Shown one piece after another: positions 35,107 to 44,504 of a stretch of DNA of 64,000 bases; position 1 is the stretch's first letter, and each line of letters opens with the position of its first letter. Under the pieces are notes generated by a model. The model was given only the letters and a program-made list of their open reading frames with translations. It searched no databases and was not told where the DNA came from. The DNA comes from an uncultured Verrucomicrobiae bacterium (GTDB lineage Bacteria; Verrucomicrobiota; Verrucomicrobiia; Limisphaerales; UBA11358). The stretch is from positions 2,861 to 66,860 of the forward strand of contig CAVRAN010000004.1 in the NCBI GenBank assembly GCA_963719075.1. The letters run 5' to 3'. Both the position numbers and the translations under genes were made by a program.

Positions 35107-35123
35107 GTTGTTTTAATTATTTT

Positions 35124-38100
35124 TTACGAGCAACCTAAACTTTCGCCGCAGTTCAGGCATTTGTAGCACGCGCCGTTGCGCACGGCGACGTGGCCGCACG
35201 TCGGGCAGGTCGGCGCGTCTTGCTGGTTGGTGATCATCGAGGTTAACGACAATGCCCGATGGAGACCGCCATTCCCGTTGCCATTTTTTATGTCGAATAC
35301 GTCAGTGTCCTCGGCGATTGCCAATTCAGGCACCGGACGATTCACCTTTTTTTTTCCTCTTCGAGCAAACCGGGCATTACCAATTCTGGTTGCGCGCGGT
35401 TCGGCGTGATGGCTTCACGATAGCCCGGAACGAATTGCAGCGCGAGCCAGCGAAAAACGTAATCGGTGATTGAAGAAGCATTGCGTATTTCAGGATTTTT
35501 CGTGAAACCGCTCGGCTCGAAACGCTGATGGGCGAATTTGCGGACCAGCGCCTCCAGGGGCACGCCGTATTGCAGCGCCATGCTGGTGAGCGTACCAATG
35601 CTGTCCATTAGGCCGCCGATGGTCGAACCTTCCTTGGCCATCGTAATGAATAATTCGCCGGGCTGGTGGTCTTCAAAAAGGCCGACGGTGAGATAACCTT
35701 CATGACCGGCGATGTCGAATTTATGTGTGACCGCCGTGCGCGTGTCGGTCAGGCGACGGCGCAACGGTTTGCCAGCTTCGCCGCGCAATTTAGCGACTTC
35801 GGCCTCAAGCTCTTTGATTCGATTTTCGAGCACGGAAGAATCACCAGCAGAATTTTTTTCACCCCCGTCGTTGGTTTTTTTAGTGTTAAGCGGTTGTGAA
35901 CGCTTTGAACCGTCACGGTAAATAGCAACGCACTTGAGTCCCATTTTCCAAGCTTCGACGTAGGTGTTGCGAACATCCTCGACGGTGCAGGCGCTTGGCA
36001 TATTGACGGTTTTGGAAATAGCGCCACTGATGAACGGCTGCGCCGCTCCCATCATCTTGAGGTGCGCCATGTAGCCGATACTGCGTTTGCCTTTGTGCGC
36101 CTTGAACGCGCAATCAAACACGGGCAAATGTCCCGGCTTCAAACCGCTGAAAATTATTTTGCCGTTTTCCTCGACGTCTTCAATCGTGTCGTGCTTCTCG
36201 ATGTGCGTGATGATGTTCTTGATTTCGGCTTCGCCATAACCGAGACGACGCAACGCATCCGGCACGCCGCGATTGACAATCTTCAACATTCCACCGCCCG
36301 CGAGTAATTTATATTTGACCAGTGCGATGTCAGGTTCGACGCCGGTGGTATCGCAGTCCATGAGAAACGCAATCGTGCCGGTCGGCGCGAGCACGGTGAC
36401 TTGCGCGTTGCGATAGCCGTGCTGCTTGCCTTTGGCGAGCGCGCCGTCCCACGTTTTGCGCGCCTCGGTTTTGAGATAATTAAATTCCGCGCTGGGCTGG
36501 ATTTGTTCAACGGCGTCGCGGTGCAATTTGATGACGCCGAGCATGGACTCAACGTTGTCTTTCACCAGCGGCTTCGAGACATGCGCGCAACGCGCGTCGT
36601 AGTAGCCAGAGAATGTGCCGATGTTTGCGGCAATTTCCGCGCTCTGCTCGTAAGCGTGGCCGGTCATGATGGACGTGATCGCACCGGCGAGCGCTCGGCC
36701 TTCGTCGGAATCGTAAGGCAAACCGTAGCTCATGCAAAGCGAACCGAGGTTCGCAAAGCCAAGTCCGAGCGTGCGGAAGATATGGGAATTTTCCGCGATG
36801 TCTTTCGTCGGATAGCTCGCATTATCCACAAGAATTTCCTGTGCCGTGATAAAGACACGCACGGCGGCTTTGAAACGCTCCACGTCAAACTTGCCGTCTT
36901 CGCGTTTAAATTTCATCAAGTTCAGCGACGCCAGATTGCACGCGGTGTTGTTGATAAAGACGTATTCGCTGCACGGATTGGTGGAGTGAATCGGCTCGGT
37001 GCCTTTGCAAGTATGCCATTTCTGGATCGCGCCGTCGTATTGCATTCCGGGGTCGCCGCAGATGTGCGTACCCTCGGCGATTTTGTAGAGCAGCTTCGCC
37101 GCGTCCTTTTTTTCCAGCGGCTTGCCGGTTGTGATTGAGTGCGTCCACCATTCCTTGCCCGCGAGCGCGGCCTGCATGAACTCGTCGCTCGCGCGGACGG
37201 AAAGATTTTCGTTCTGATACATTACGCTGCCGTAGGCGTCGCCGTTGTAACTGCCGTCGTAGCCTTGCTCAATGAGAGCCCATGCCTTTTTTTCTTCCTT
37301 TTGCTTGGCGTCAATAAATTCTTCGATGTCTCCATGCCAGTCGCGAAGCGTGTTCATTTTTGCCGCGCGACGAGTTTTGCCGCCGGATTTCACGACGTTC
37401 GCAACCTGGTCATAAACTTTCAGAAAACTCATTGGCCCACTTGGACGACCACCGCCGCTCAACTTTTCCCGTTTTGAACGGAGCGGCGACAAATCCGTGC
37501 CAGTGCCAGAACCATATTTGAAAAGCATGGCTTCGCTGGAGGCAAGACGCATAATGTCTTCCATGTTGTCTTCGACCGATTGGATGAAGCACGCGCTACC
37601 TTGCGGATATTCGTATTGTGTGGTGGCGCGCTCGGCTTCGCCAGTCTTGCGGTTGTGAAACCAGTTGCCCTTGCCAGATTTTTTGCCAACGCCGTATTCG
37701 TGGAACAGCCCGACGTTGAACCACACCGGCGAATTGAACGCGCCATATTGGTTCAAGCACAGCCAAGTCAGTTCCTCGTAAAAAATTTCGCCGTCTACCT
37801 TGCTGAAATAACCGTCCGCAATTCCCCAATCCGCAATCGTCCGCGAAATGCGATGGATCAATTGCCGTACCGAAGTTTCGCGCTCGGAAGTATTTTGCTC
37901 GCCGTAAAAATATTTCGACACGACAACTTTTGTCGCGAGCACCGACCACGACTTCGGCACTTCGACATTTTCCTGCTTGAAAATGACCTTGTTCGCGTCG
38001 TCGGTGATCTCGGCGGTGCGCTTGTCCCATTCAATCTGGTCGAACGGCTTGATTTTCGCGTCACTGAAAACGCGTTCGACCCGCAAAAACTTTTTCGCGT

Positions 38101-38203
38101 CAGTCGTGTTGGGTTTTACATTGCGTGCCGCTGGCTTTTTTGCGGCACGATGGCGACCGGCGTGCGAAGCCGGAGCCAAAACATCCTCGCGTGCGTCAAT
38201 CAT
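35124..38203 (-). pseudogene. nrdJ: class II (adenosylcobalamin-dependent) ribonucleotide reductase; catalytic body and C-terminal Cys-rich zinc-finger tail separated by a frame break in an A9 tract
   Basis: The 953-aa ORF 35342..38203 has the NrdJ-type body. ORF 35124..35345 encodes ...CPTCGHVAVRNGACYKCLNCGESLGCS, the usual NrdJ tail. The coding strand reads GAG GAA AAA AAA AGG TGA, and ten A instead of nine gives ...EEKKKVNRPVPELAIAED... in one frame. The run is 35347-35355. Confidence 0.85.
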
Positions 38204-38371
38204 GATTTTCCTTTTGAAACGGTTGAAATTTCTTTTTCAGACAAATCACCCGACCGTCTCAAAACAGAAGACCGGTCGGGAAAACTAGATTGTTCGGCCT
38301 ACTTTCCGGATTTCCGCCAACCGCTTGCTTTTAAGCGAAACCCCATTTAGTGGGCAACAATGTGAGCCTAT

Positions 38372-38388
38372 ACCCAATATATTGTGGT
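38372..38388 (-). promoter_or_regulatory. candidate NrdR box in the nrdJ upstream region
   Basis: The minus strand reads ACCACAATATATTGGGT. It has a 10-bp perfect palindrome core CAATATATTG and resembles the NrdR consensus (acaCwAtATaTwGtgt). It lies next to a TTGCAA hexamer, about 170 nt upstream of the ATG. Confidence 0.5.
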
Positions 38389-38499
38389 TGCAAGAAAATT
38401 TTCCAAAAAAGTTACACAAATGATATTCGCAAATGAAATCAACGGAATTGCCGCGCCAGCATTGAAAATATGACGGCTTATTCGCCACGGTGAACAACC

Positions 38500-40056
38500 T
38501 CAACGCAGTTTTTTCTTGGGCTTGCGGGAATATCTTTCATGACGAGCCTCTCGATGTGCATCAACTTTTCCCATTGTTTTTTTGTGCGTCGGCTTGAACT
38601 TTCGAATCGGCTCGATGGTTTTCGGACGCGGTTTTGGCACGAGCACAATTGGACAGCCTTCGTAGCCGAATGCACGGCGCAATTCATTTGCAAGATTTTT
38701 TTTATATTGTTCGGAAAACAATTCATCGCGATTCACAAACAGCAAAAACGTCGGCGGCGACTGTCGGACTTGTGTCGCGTAGAAAAATTTCAGGCGATGG
38801 CCTGCTGAACTGATCGGCTGCCGGCGGTCAACGGCGTCGCGCAGCGTTCGATTTAAAATTCCCGTCGGAATTTTTTGCTGCAACTGTGCCGCAACGTAAC
38901 GCACCGCTTCGAGCAGGCGGTCCAGATGAAAACCGGATTTCGCCGAGGTAAAAATCACTGGCGCATAATCGAGAAAGAATAATTTTTTCTGAACCCATTG
39001 GCCGAATTCGCCGAGCGTGGTCATCACTTTTGGTGCGCCGTGATTTTCCTCTTTGTTGCGAGAAGTAATTTCTTCTTTGCGTGCTTCGCGGACCTTTTCA
39101 TCGAACAAATCCCATTTATTGACGACGATGATGCAGGCTTTGCGATTTTCAACGATGCAATCAGCGATTTTTTTATCCTGTTCCAAAATGCCCGATTCCG
39201 CGTCCAGAATCAAAACCGCGATGTCACAGCGCGCGATGGATTCTTCCGAACGTTTAACACTGAAAAATTCAATGGAACTGTCCACGCGTCGGGTTTTTCG
39301 TATGCCGGCGGTATCAATCAAAATATATTTCTGGCGCATACCGTCGGTTTCGACCTCGAACGGCACATCAATCGCGTCGCGCGTCGTGCCCGGAATTGGT
39401 GATACAATGACGCGCTCCGATTTTGTGAGTGCATTGATGATTGATGATTTGCCGACGTTCGGACGTCCAACAATGGCAAGTTTCAAGGGTCCTTGATTTA
39501 GAGTTTTTGGCTCTAAACTCTGAATTTCCGGTTCAGAATTTTGAACTGGTAGAAATGCCGTGGTGGCGTTCATCAAGTTTTCAATGCCTTCACCGTGAAT
39601 CGCGCTGACGGGAAAAATTTTCTCAAAGCCGAGCGCGGAAAATTCATCCGCGCCCTTTTCCGCACGGCTTGTATCCACTTTATTGACCGCGATCAAAACC
39701 GGCTTGCCACTGCGCCGCAATTTTTCCGCAACTTCGCGGTCCAAAGGAACAATCCCATCCTGCACGTTGACGACGAGAATGATTGCGCTGGCCGATTCAA
39801 TCGCGAGATTTACTTGTTCAATCGCGGCTTTGATGATGACGTCGTCGGATTTTTCGCGGCGCAGCAAACCGATGCCGCCGGTGTCCACGAGCGTGAACGT
39901 GCGCCCCTGCCACTCGGCTTCGGCGCTGACCCGGTCGCGCGTGACGCCGGGCTGGTCGTGGACAATCGCAATTCGTTTTCGAACAATGCGATTGAACAGC
40001 GCGGACTTGCCGACGTTCGGGCGACCGACAATGGCTATCAAATTTGACACGCGCAC
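38500..40056 (-). CDS. der: ribosome-biogenesis GTPase Der (EngA)
   Basis: Two G domains (IAIVGRPNVGKSALFN..DTGG..NKVD and LAIVGRPNVGKSSIINA..DTAG..NKWD) plus a KH-like domain and a basic tail. GTG 40056 was chosen as start. The track ORF start at 40344 reads through unrelated upstream DNA. Confidence 0.85.
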   Translation of the reverse strand: MRVSNLIAIVGRPNVGKSALFNRIVRKRIAIVHDQPGVTRDRVSAEAEWQGRTFTLVDTGGIGLLRREKSDDVIIKAAIEQVNLAIESASAIILVVNVQDGIVPLDREVAEKLRRSGKPVLIAVNKVDTSRAEKGADEFSALGFEKIFPVSAIHGEGIENLMNATTAFLPVQNSEPEIQSLEPKTLNQGPLKLAIVGRPNVGKSSIINALTKSERVIVSPIPGTTRDAIDVPFEVETDGMRQKYILIDTAGIRKTRRVDSSIEFFSVKRSEESIARCDIAVLILDAESGILEQDKKIADCIVENRKACIIVVNKWDLFDEKVREARKEEITSRNKEENHGAPKVMTTLGEFGQWVQKKLFFLDYAPVIFTSAKSGFHLDRLLEAVRYVAAQLQQKIPTGILNRTLRDAVDRRQPISSAGHRLKFFYATQVRQSPPTFLLFVNRDELFSEQYKKNLANELRRAFGYEGCPIVLVPKPRPKTIEPIRKFKPTHKKTMGKVDAHREARHERYSRKPKKKLR

Positions 40057-40158
40057 AGGATGAATGAGTTCGTTGCGCGGCGGAAGAGAAAATCCAGTTG
40101 TTTGAACTGTCCGCTTGTTTTCAGTGTCTTTTGTATTTAACAATTTGCAGCGTTGTCC

Positions 40159-40890
40159 ATGAATTCGACTCTCATCATCATGCCGACTTACAATGAGCGG
40201 GAAAACCTTCCGCGCATCGCGGAAAAACTTTTGTCGTTGCCGGTCACCGTGGATTTGCTTGTGGTGGACGACAATTCTCCCGACGGCACGGGGAAAATCG
40301 CCGATGAACTGTCCGCGAAACATTCTGAAATTCACGTTTTGCATCGTGTGGGAAAAAACGGTTTGGGCCGCGCCTACATCGCCGGATTTAAATGGGCGCT
40401 CGAACGCGGCTATGAATTTATCTTCGAGATGGACGGAGATTTTTCACACAACCCGGACGACATACCGGCGTTTCTCGAAGCCGCGCAAAATGCCGACCTT
40501 GTCCTTGGCTCGCGTTATGTCGGCGGCATCCGCGTCATCAACTGGCCGCTGGGACGGCTGATGTTGAGCCGGTTCGCCGGCAAATATGTGATGCTCGTCA
40601 CGGGAATGCCGTTCACCGACCCCACCGGCGGCTACAAGTGTTTTCGCCGCCGCGCGTTGCAAGCCATCAACCTAGAGGCTGTCCGTTCAAACGGCTACAG
40701 TTTTCAAATTGAAATGACGCACAAAATTTGGCGGCAAGGATTTAAAATTGTCGAAGTGCCGATTATTTTCACCGAACGCACGCAGGGACATTCAAAAATG
40801 GCTGGCGGAATTGTAAATGAAGCGTTTTGGATGGTTTGGTGGCTGTGGCTGCAAAATGGTTTGCGCCGACGGCCAAAGAAACAAATATAA
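40159..40890 (+). CDS. GT2 polyprenol-phosphate mannosyltransferase (Dpm1/Ppm1-like)
   Basis: IIMPTYNERENL, LLVVDDNSPDGTG and FEMDGDFSHNP (DxD-type), followed by LVLGSRY. Confidence 0.85.
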   Translation: MNSTLIIMPTYNERENLPRIAEKLLSLPVTVDLLVVDDNSPDGTGKIADELSAKHSEIHVLHRVGKNGLGRAYIAGFKWALERGYEFIFEMDGDFSHNPDDIPAFLEAAQNADLVLGSRYVGGIRVINWPLGRLMLSRFAGKYVMLVTGMPFTDPTGGYKCFRRRALQAINLEAVRSNGYSFQIEMTHKIWRQGFKIVEVPIIFTERTQGHSKMAGGIVNEAFWMVWWLWLQNGLRRRPKKQI

Positions 40891-40902
40891 TTGCCAACGA
40901 TT

Positions 40903-41310
40903 ATGAAACGAATAATCATTCTTGTTGTTATTATTTTTCTAGCCTTGTTGATTGTCATTCCCAGTTTTATTCGTCGTTACAATATTCCTTCGGAAAATGG
41001 CATTCTTAATAATCTTCGCCAAATTGATGGCGCTAAACAGGAATGGGCAATAGAGACCGGTATAACTAATCAAAATACTCCAATTTCAGAAAAGGATATT
41101 GAGCCTTATATTTCAAGCGGTGCGCATTCCAATTGGGATTGGTTAGAAAATCCAACTACTGGTGAACAATATAAAATTAACCCGCTCGGACTTCCGCCGG
41201 AAGCGTGTTTGACAAAAGAATTAGTTCGCGGTGGAACAACGTATCCAGCAGGAACAATAGTCCGTTATACTACAAATGGAGATGTGGAATATATTTTACC
41301 GCCCAAGTAA
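40903..41310 (+). CDS. hypothetical membrane-anchored protein (135 aa), AT-rich
   Basis: MKRIIILVVIIFLALLIVIPSF anchor followed by NNLRQIDGAKQEWAIETG. No family name assigned. Confidence 0.5.
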   Translation: MKRIIILVVIIFLALLIVIPSFIRRYNIPSENGILNNLRQIDGAKQEWAIETGITNQNTPISEKDIEPYISSGAHSNWDWLENPTTGEQYKINPLGLPPEACLTKELVRGGTTYPAGTIVRYTTNGDVEYILPPK

Positions 41311-41339
41311 ATTTTTGAAAAACGCATTATGAATTATTT

Positions 41340-41900
41340 ATGATTGCTTTAATCGTCGGCACAAATCGCCCGGGCAGCAACACGCGCAAAGTAGTCGCGC
41401 AACTCGAAGAAATTTATGCCGAGCTGAAAGTTCCGCTGAACATTTTGGATTTGGCGAAATTGCCGCCGGAAATTTTCTCGCCGACCTCCTATGCGGAAAA
41501 ACCAAAATCGTTTCAACCTTTCGCCGCCGCCATTCTGCAATCCACCGGGCTGCATGTCATCACGCCTGAATACAATGGCAGCATGCCCGGCGTTTTAAAA
41601 TATTTTATTGATATGCTGAAATTTCCGGAAAGTTTCGAGCAAAAGCCGGTTTGTTTCACCGGAGTGTCGGCGGGAATGTGGGGTGCGCTGCGTCCGATCG
41701 AGCAGCTCCAGGCAATATTCAGCTATCGCAATGCGTATATTTTTCCCGCGCGCGTTTTCCTTCCGCAGATTTACAACCTGCTCGACGACTCCGGTAAAAT
41801 CAAAGACGTCGAACTGCTCGCGCGTTTAAAATCGCAAGTTGAAGGCTTTGCAAAATTTTCCGAACATTTCAAAACCCTGAAAATTCCGGTTCCTAAATAA
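41340..41900 (+). CDS. NAD(P)H-dependent FMN reductase family oxidoreductase
   Basis: IALIVGTNRPGSNTRKV...ITPEYNGSMPGVLKYFIDML. Confidence 0.8.
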   Translation: MIALIVGTNRPGSNTRKVVAQLEEIYAELKVPLNILDLAKLPPEIFSPTSYAEKPKSFQPFAAAILQSTGLHVITPEYNGSMPGVLKYFIDMLKFPESFEQKPVCFTGVSAGMWGALRPIEQLQAIFSYRNAYIFPARVFLPQIYNLLDDSGKIKDVELLARLKSQVEGFAKFSEHFKTLKIPVPK

Positions 41901-41921
41901 CAAATCTGATTAAAGTCATAT

Positions 41922-42614
41922 ATGAAACTGAAACTGTTGCTTGCCACGCTGTTCGTTTTTGCCACAACTCTTTTTGCCGCCATGCCCCAAGCCGGCGATA
42001 CCGCGCCGCTCGTCACCGGCACGGATCAAAACGGTGCGGACTTCAAGCTCGCCGATCTCGTCGGCAAGAAAATCGTGCTGCTGTATTTTTATCCGAAGGA
42101 TTTTACCGGCGGCTGCACCAAGGAAGCGTGCAGTTTCCGCGACGGCTTTGAGGATTTCGCCACGAACAACGTCGAGATCGTCGGCGTCAGCTTTGATTCC
42201 GCCGACAGCCATCTGCAATTCATCGCCAAATACAAATTGAACTTCACCCTGCTCGCCGATCCCGACGGCAAGATCGCGGACATTTACGGCGTGCGGATGG
42301 CCGGAAAAAACATGGCCAAGCGCGTGAGCTTTCTCATCGGCCTCGACGGAAAAATCGTCCACGTCACCGACACGGGCAATCCCGACGTTCACCTTGCGGA
42401 AATGAAAGCCGCGATTGCGGGGTTGAAAATTAAGGCGCAGCTTCAAAAGATTCAGAAAGACTTTGGCGTAACCGTGGAGGTTCACGGTCATCAGATTTTA
42501 GTCGGAACACCGGGATTAGAGACAACCGACACAATGAACCAGATAAGGGAAGCGCTCCACAAAGCTTTCGGAAATGATTTTACCAATTACACAATAGTCC
42601 ATATTGTCGGATAA
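41922..42614 (+). CDS. bcp: secreted peroxiredoxin (Bcp/AhpC-TSA family) with ~70-aa C-terminal extension
   Basis: Signal peptide, then KIVLLYFYPKDFTGGCTKEACSFRD, which contains the peroxidatic Cys. Confidence 0.85.
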   Translation: MKLKLLLATLFVFATTLFAAMPQAGDTAPLVTGTDQNGADFKLADLVGKKIVLLYFYPKDFTGGCTKEACSFRDGFEDFATNNVEIVGVSFDSADSHLQFIAKYKLNFTLLADPDGKIADIYGVRMAGKNMAKRVSFLIGLDGKIVHVTDTGNPDVHLAEMKAAIAGLKIKAQLQKIQKDFGVTVEVHGHQILVGTPGLETTDTMNQIREALHKAFGNDFTNYTIVHIVG

Positions 42615-42622
42615 TTTTCAAT

Positions 42623-42658
42623 GTGCGCGAAAAATCTTTTTCCCGCGCATTTATTTTC
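42623..42658 (+). terminator. probable rho-independent terminator after the peroxiredoxin gene
   Basis: TGCGCG(A)AAAA tct TTTT(CC)CGCGCA hairpin followed by TTTATTTT. Confidence 0.5.
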
Positions 42659-42748
42659 TAAACTGGCCGCGTGTCTCTCAAAATCGGCGGCGGCTTTCAA
42701 GATTGTTTTCGGCTTTGCATTATGAACTAATGTGGGTAAATTACCGTC

Positions 42749-42937
42749 ATGCAGACCAGCGAAGTGATTGACAAAATAAAGCAGCTTTCCAACGAGCAGG
42801 CGGAAGAAGTTTATGAATATCTTTTTTCCGCCGAACGCGAATTGGATCGCCTGCTGGCCGTGTTTGATCGTCTGCCGCGAAAAATCCGCCTGACCGAAGA
42901 AGAAACTCTCGCCCTGCCGCGTGCGCATCATTCTTGA
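42749..42937 (+). CDS. putative antitoxin (62 aa) of the PIN toxin
   Basis: A small acidic ORF that overlaps the PIN gene start by 17 nt, the typical type II TA arrangement. Confidence 0.55.
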   Translation: MQTSEVIDKIKQLSNEQAEEVYEYLFSAERELDRLLAVFDRLPRKIRLTEEETLALPRAHHS

Positions 42938-43319
42938 TAGCAACGTCTGGCTGGCCATTCTCACCACCGACGGTTTTTGCCGCCAAATGTGGAAAAAGGT
43001 CCGGCGCGATTGTGCTGTCATCGCCTCACAGGACATACTTGATGAAATTGAGGAGAAACTCCGGCAAAAGTTTGAATTCAGTCCACGACACGCGCGTTTG
43101 ATGGTTTTGTTTGTGGAGCGGCAAACCCACGCGGTCAATGTCACGACCACAATCCAAGTTTGCCGCGATCCGGACGACAACCGAATTTTAGCCGCCGCAC
43201 ACGATGGCGATTGTTCGCATCTGGTCACGGGCGACAACGATTTGCTGACGCTGAAACAATTTAACGACATCAAAATTGTGACTCCGCGCGAGTTTTCAGA
43301 ATTGATTTCACACGTTTGA
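42921..43319 (+). CDS. PIN-domain toxin (TIGR00305-like)
   Basis: RIILDSNVWLAIL...CRDPDDNRILAAAHDGDCSHLVTGDNDLL has the acidic PIN residues in the expected order. The start is GTG. Confidence 0.75.
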   Translation: MRIILDSNVWLAILTTDGFCRQMWKKVRRDCAVIASQDILDEIEEKLRQKFEFSPRHARLMVLFVERQTHAVNVTTTIQVCRDPDDNRILAAAHDGDCSHLVTGDNDLLTLKQFNDIKIVTPREFSELISHV

Positions 43320-43328
43320 TTTTTCCAA

Positions 43329-44462
43329 ATGCCACTCAAAACCGGAGACAAGCTCACCCTGACCATCCACGACATCGCGTTCGGTGGCGAAGGCGTCGGG
43401 CGCGTGGATGATTTCGTCGTCTTCGTGCCGTTCGTGCTTCCGGGCGAAATGGTCGAGGCCGAAATCACCGAGGTCAAAAAGAATTTTGCGCGGGCGAAAT
43501 TGTTGCGCGTGGAAAAATCCTCGCCGGATCGCGTCGCGCCGGAATGCCGTTATTTCGGCGCGTGCGGCGGCTGCCAGTATCAGCACATCGCCTACGCGAC
43601 GCAGTTGCGGTTGAAGCACAAGCAGATTTCGGATCTGTTCGAGCGCGTCGGAAAAATCCCGGCGGACAAAATCGCGCCGGTGATTGCGAGTCCGCAGCCT
43701 TATGGCTATCGCAACCGCATCATGATCCGCAGCCAGTGGAACGGCCCGGCCAAAAAACTGGTCATCGGCTTCATTCGCGCGGACAACAATTTCGTCGAGG
43801 ACATCGAGGAATGCAAAATCGCCGAGCCGGCCATCAGCGAACAGATTAAAAACGTCCGCGCCAATCCGCCGCCGAAGGGCGGAATAAAAATCGTTCTGCG
43901 GATTCCGCCGGAAAACTGGGACGTGCCGCCGGATTCATTTTTTCAGAACAATTTTTTCCTGCTGCCGAAACTCGTCGAGACGGTTCGCGATTTTTTGAAA
44001 TCCAGCGGCGCGAAGCATTTGGTGGACTTGTATTGCGGCGTGGGATTTTTCGGGATTGAGCTGGCGGATTTGGTTGAAAGTTTTGTCGGCGTAGAATATG
44101 ACTGGCTCGCAATCAATTCTGCGCGAAAAAATGCGGCGACAAGAAAAATTTCCAACGGTGAATTCATTTCCTCGACGGTTGAGGAAGTTATGCCGGCGTT
44201 GCTGAAAAAATTTTCGCCGGAAAAAACGTCGGTGATTCTCGACCCGCCGCGCAAAGGTTGTCTGCCGGAAACATTGAGGTTATTGCGCGAAACGAAGCCG
44301 TCGCAAATCATTTACGTTTCCTGCCATCCGGCGACGATGGCGCGGGATTTGAACATTTTGTGCGCGGACGGTGTCTTTGAACTGGCACGCGTGCAGCCGC
44401 TGGACATGTTCCCGCAGACACAGCACGTCGAATGCGTCGCCAATTTACGTCGAATAAACTAA
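43329..44462 (+). CDS. rlmD: TRAM-domain 23S rRNA (uracil-5-)-methyltransferase RlmD/RumA family
   Basis: TRAM N-terminus (GEGVGRVDDFVVFVPFVLPGE), the Fe-S cysteines CRYFGACGGCQYQH, and SAM motifs LVDLYCGVGFFG and DPPRKG. Confidence 0.85.
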   Translation: MPLKTGDKLTLTIHDIAFGGEGVGRVDDFVVFVPFVLPGEMVEAEITEVKKNFARAKLLRVEKSSPDRVAPECRYFGACGGCQYQHIAYATQLRLKHKQISDLFERVGKIPADKIAPVIASPQPYGYRNRIMIRSQWNGPAKKLVIGFIRADNNFVEDIEECKIAEPAISEQIKNVRANPPPKGGIKIVLRIPPENWDVPPDSFFQNNFFLLPKLVETVRDFLKSSGAKHLVDLYCGVGFFGIELADLVESFVGVEYDWLAINSARKNAATRKISNGEFISSTVEEVMPALLKKFSPEKTSVILDPPRKGCLPETLRLLRETKPSQIIYVSCHPATMARDLNILCADGVFELARVQPLDMFPQTQHVECVANLRRIN

Positions 44463-44504
44463 TCTTGCCAATTTGTGAGGTATGGATTCAACTGGTTTAC
44501 TCCA

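Noticed and set aside
38204-38371. Cobalamin riboswitch in the nrdJ leader.
   Set aside because: Only a vague GGCGGAAATCCGG resemblance is present. There is no B12-box and no GCCACTG element. B12 repression of a B12-dependent reductase would also be illogical.
38414-38429. Second NrdR box (ACACAAATGATATTCG).
   Set aside because: The match to the palindromic consensus is poor. It is mentioned only as a possibility in the finding and is not annotated.
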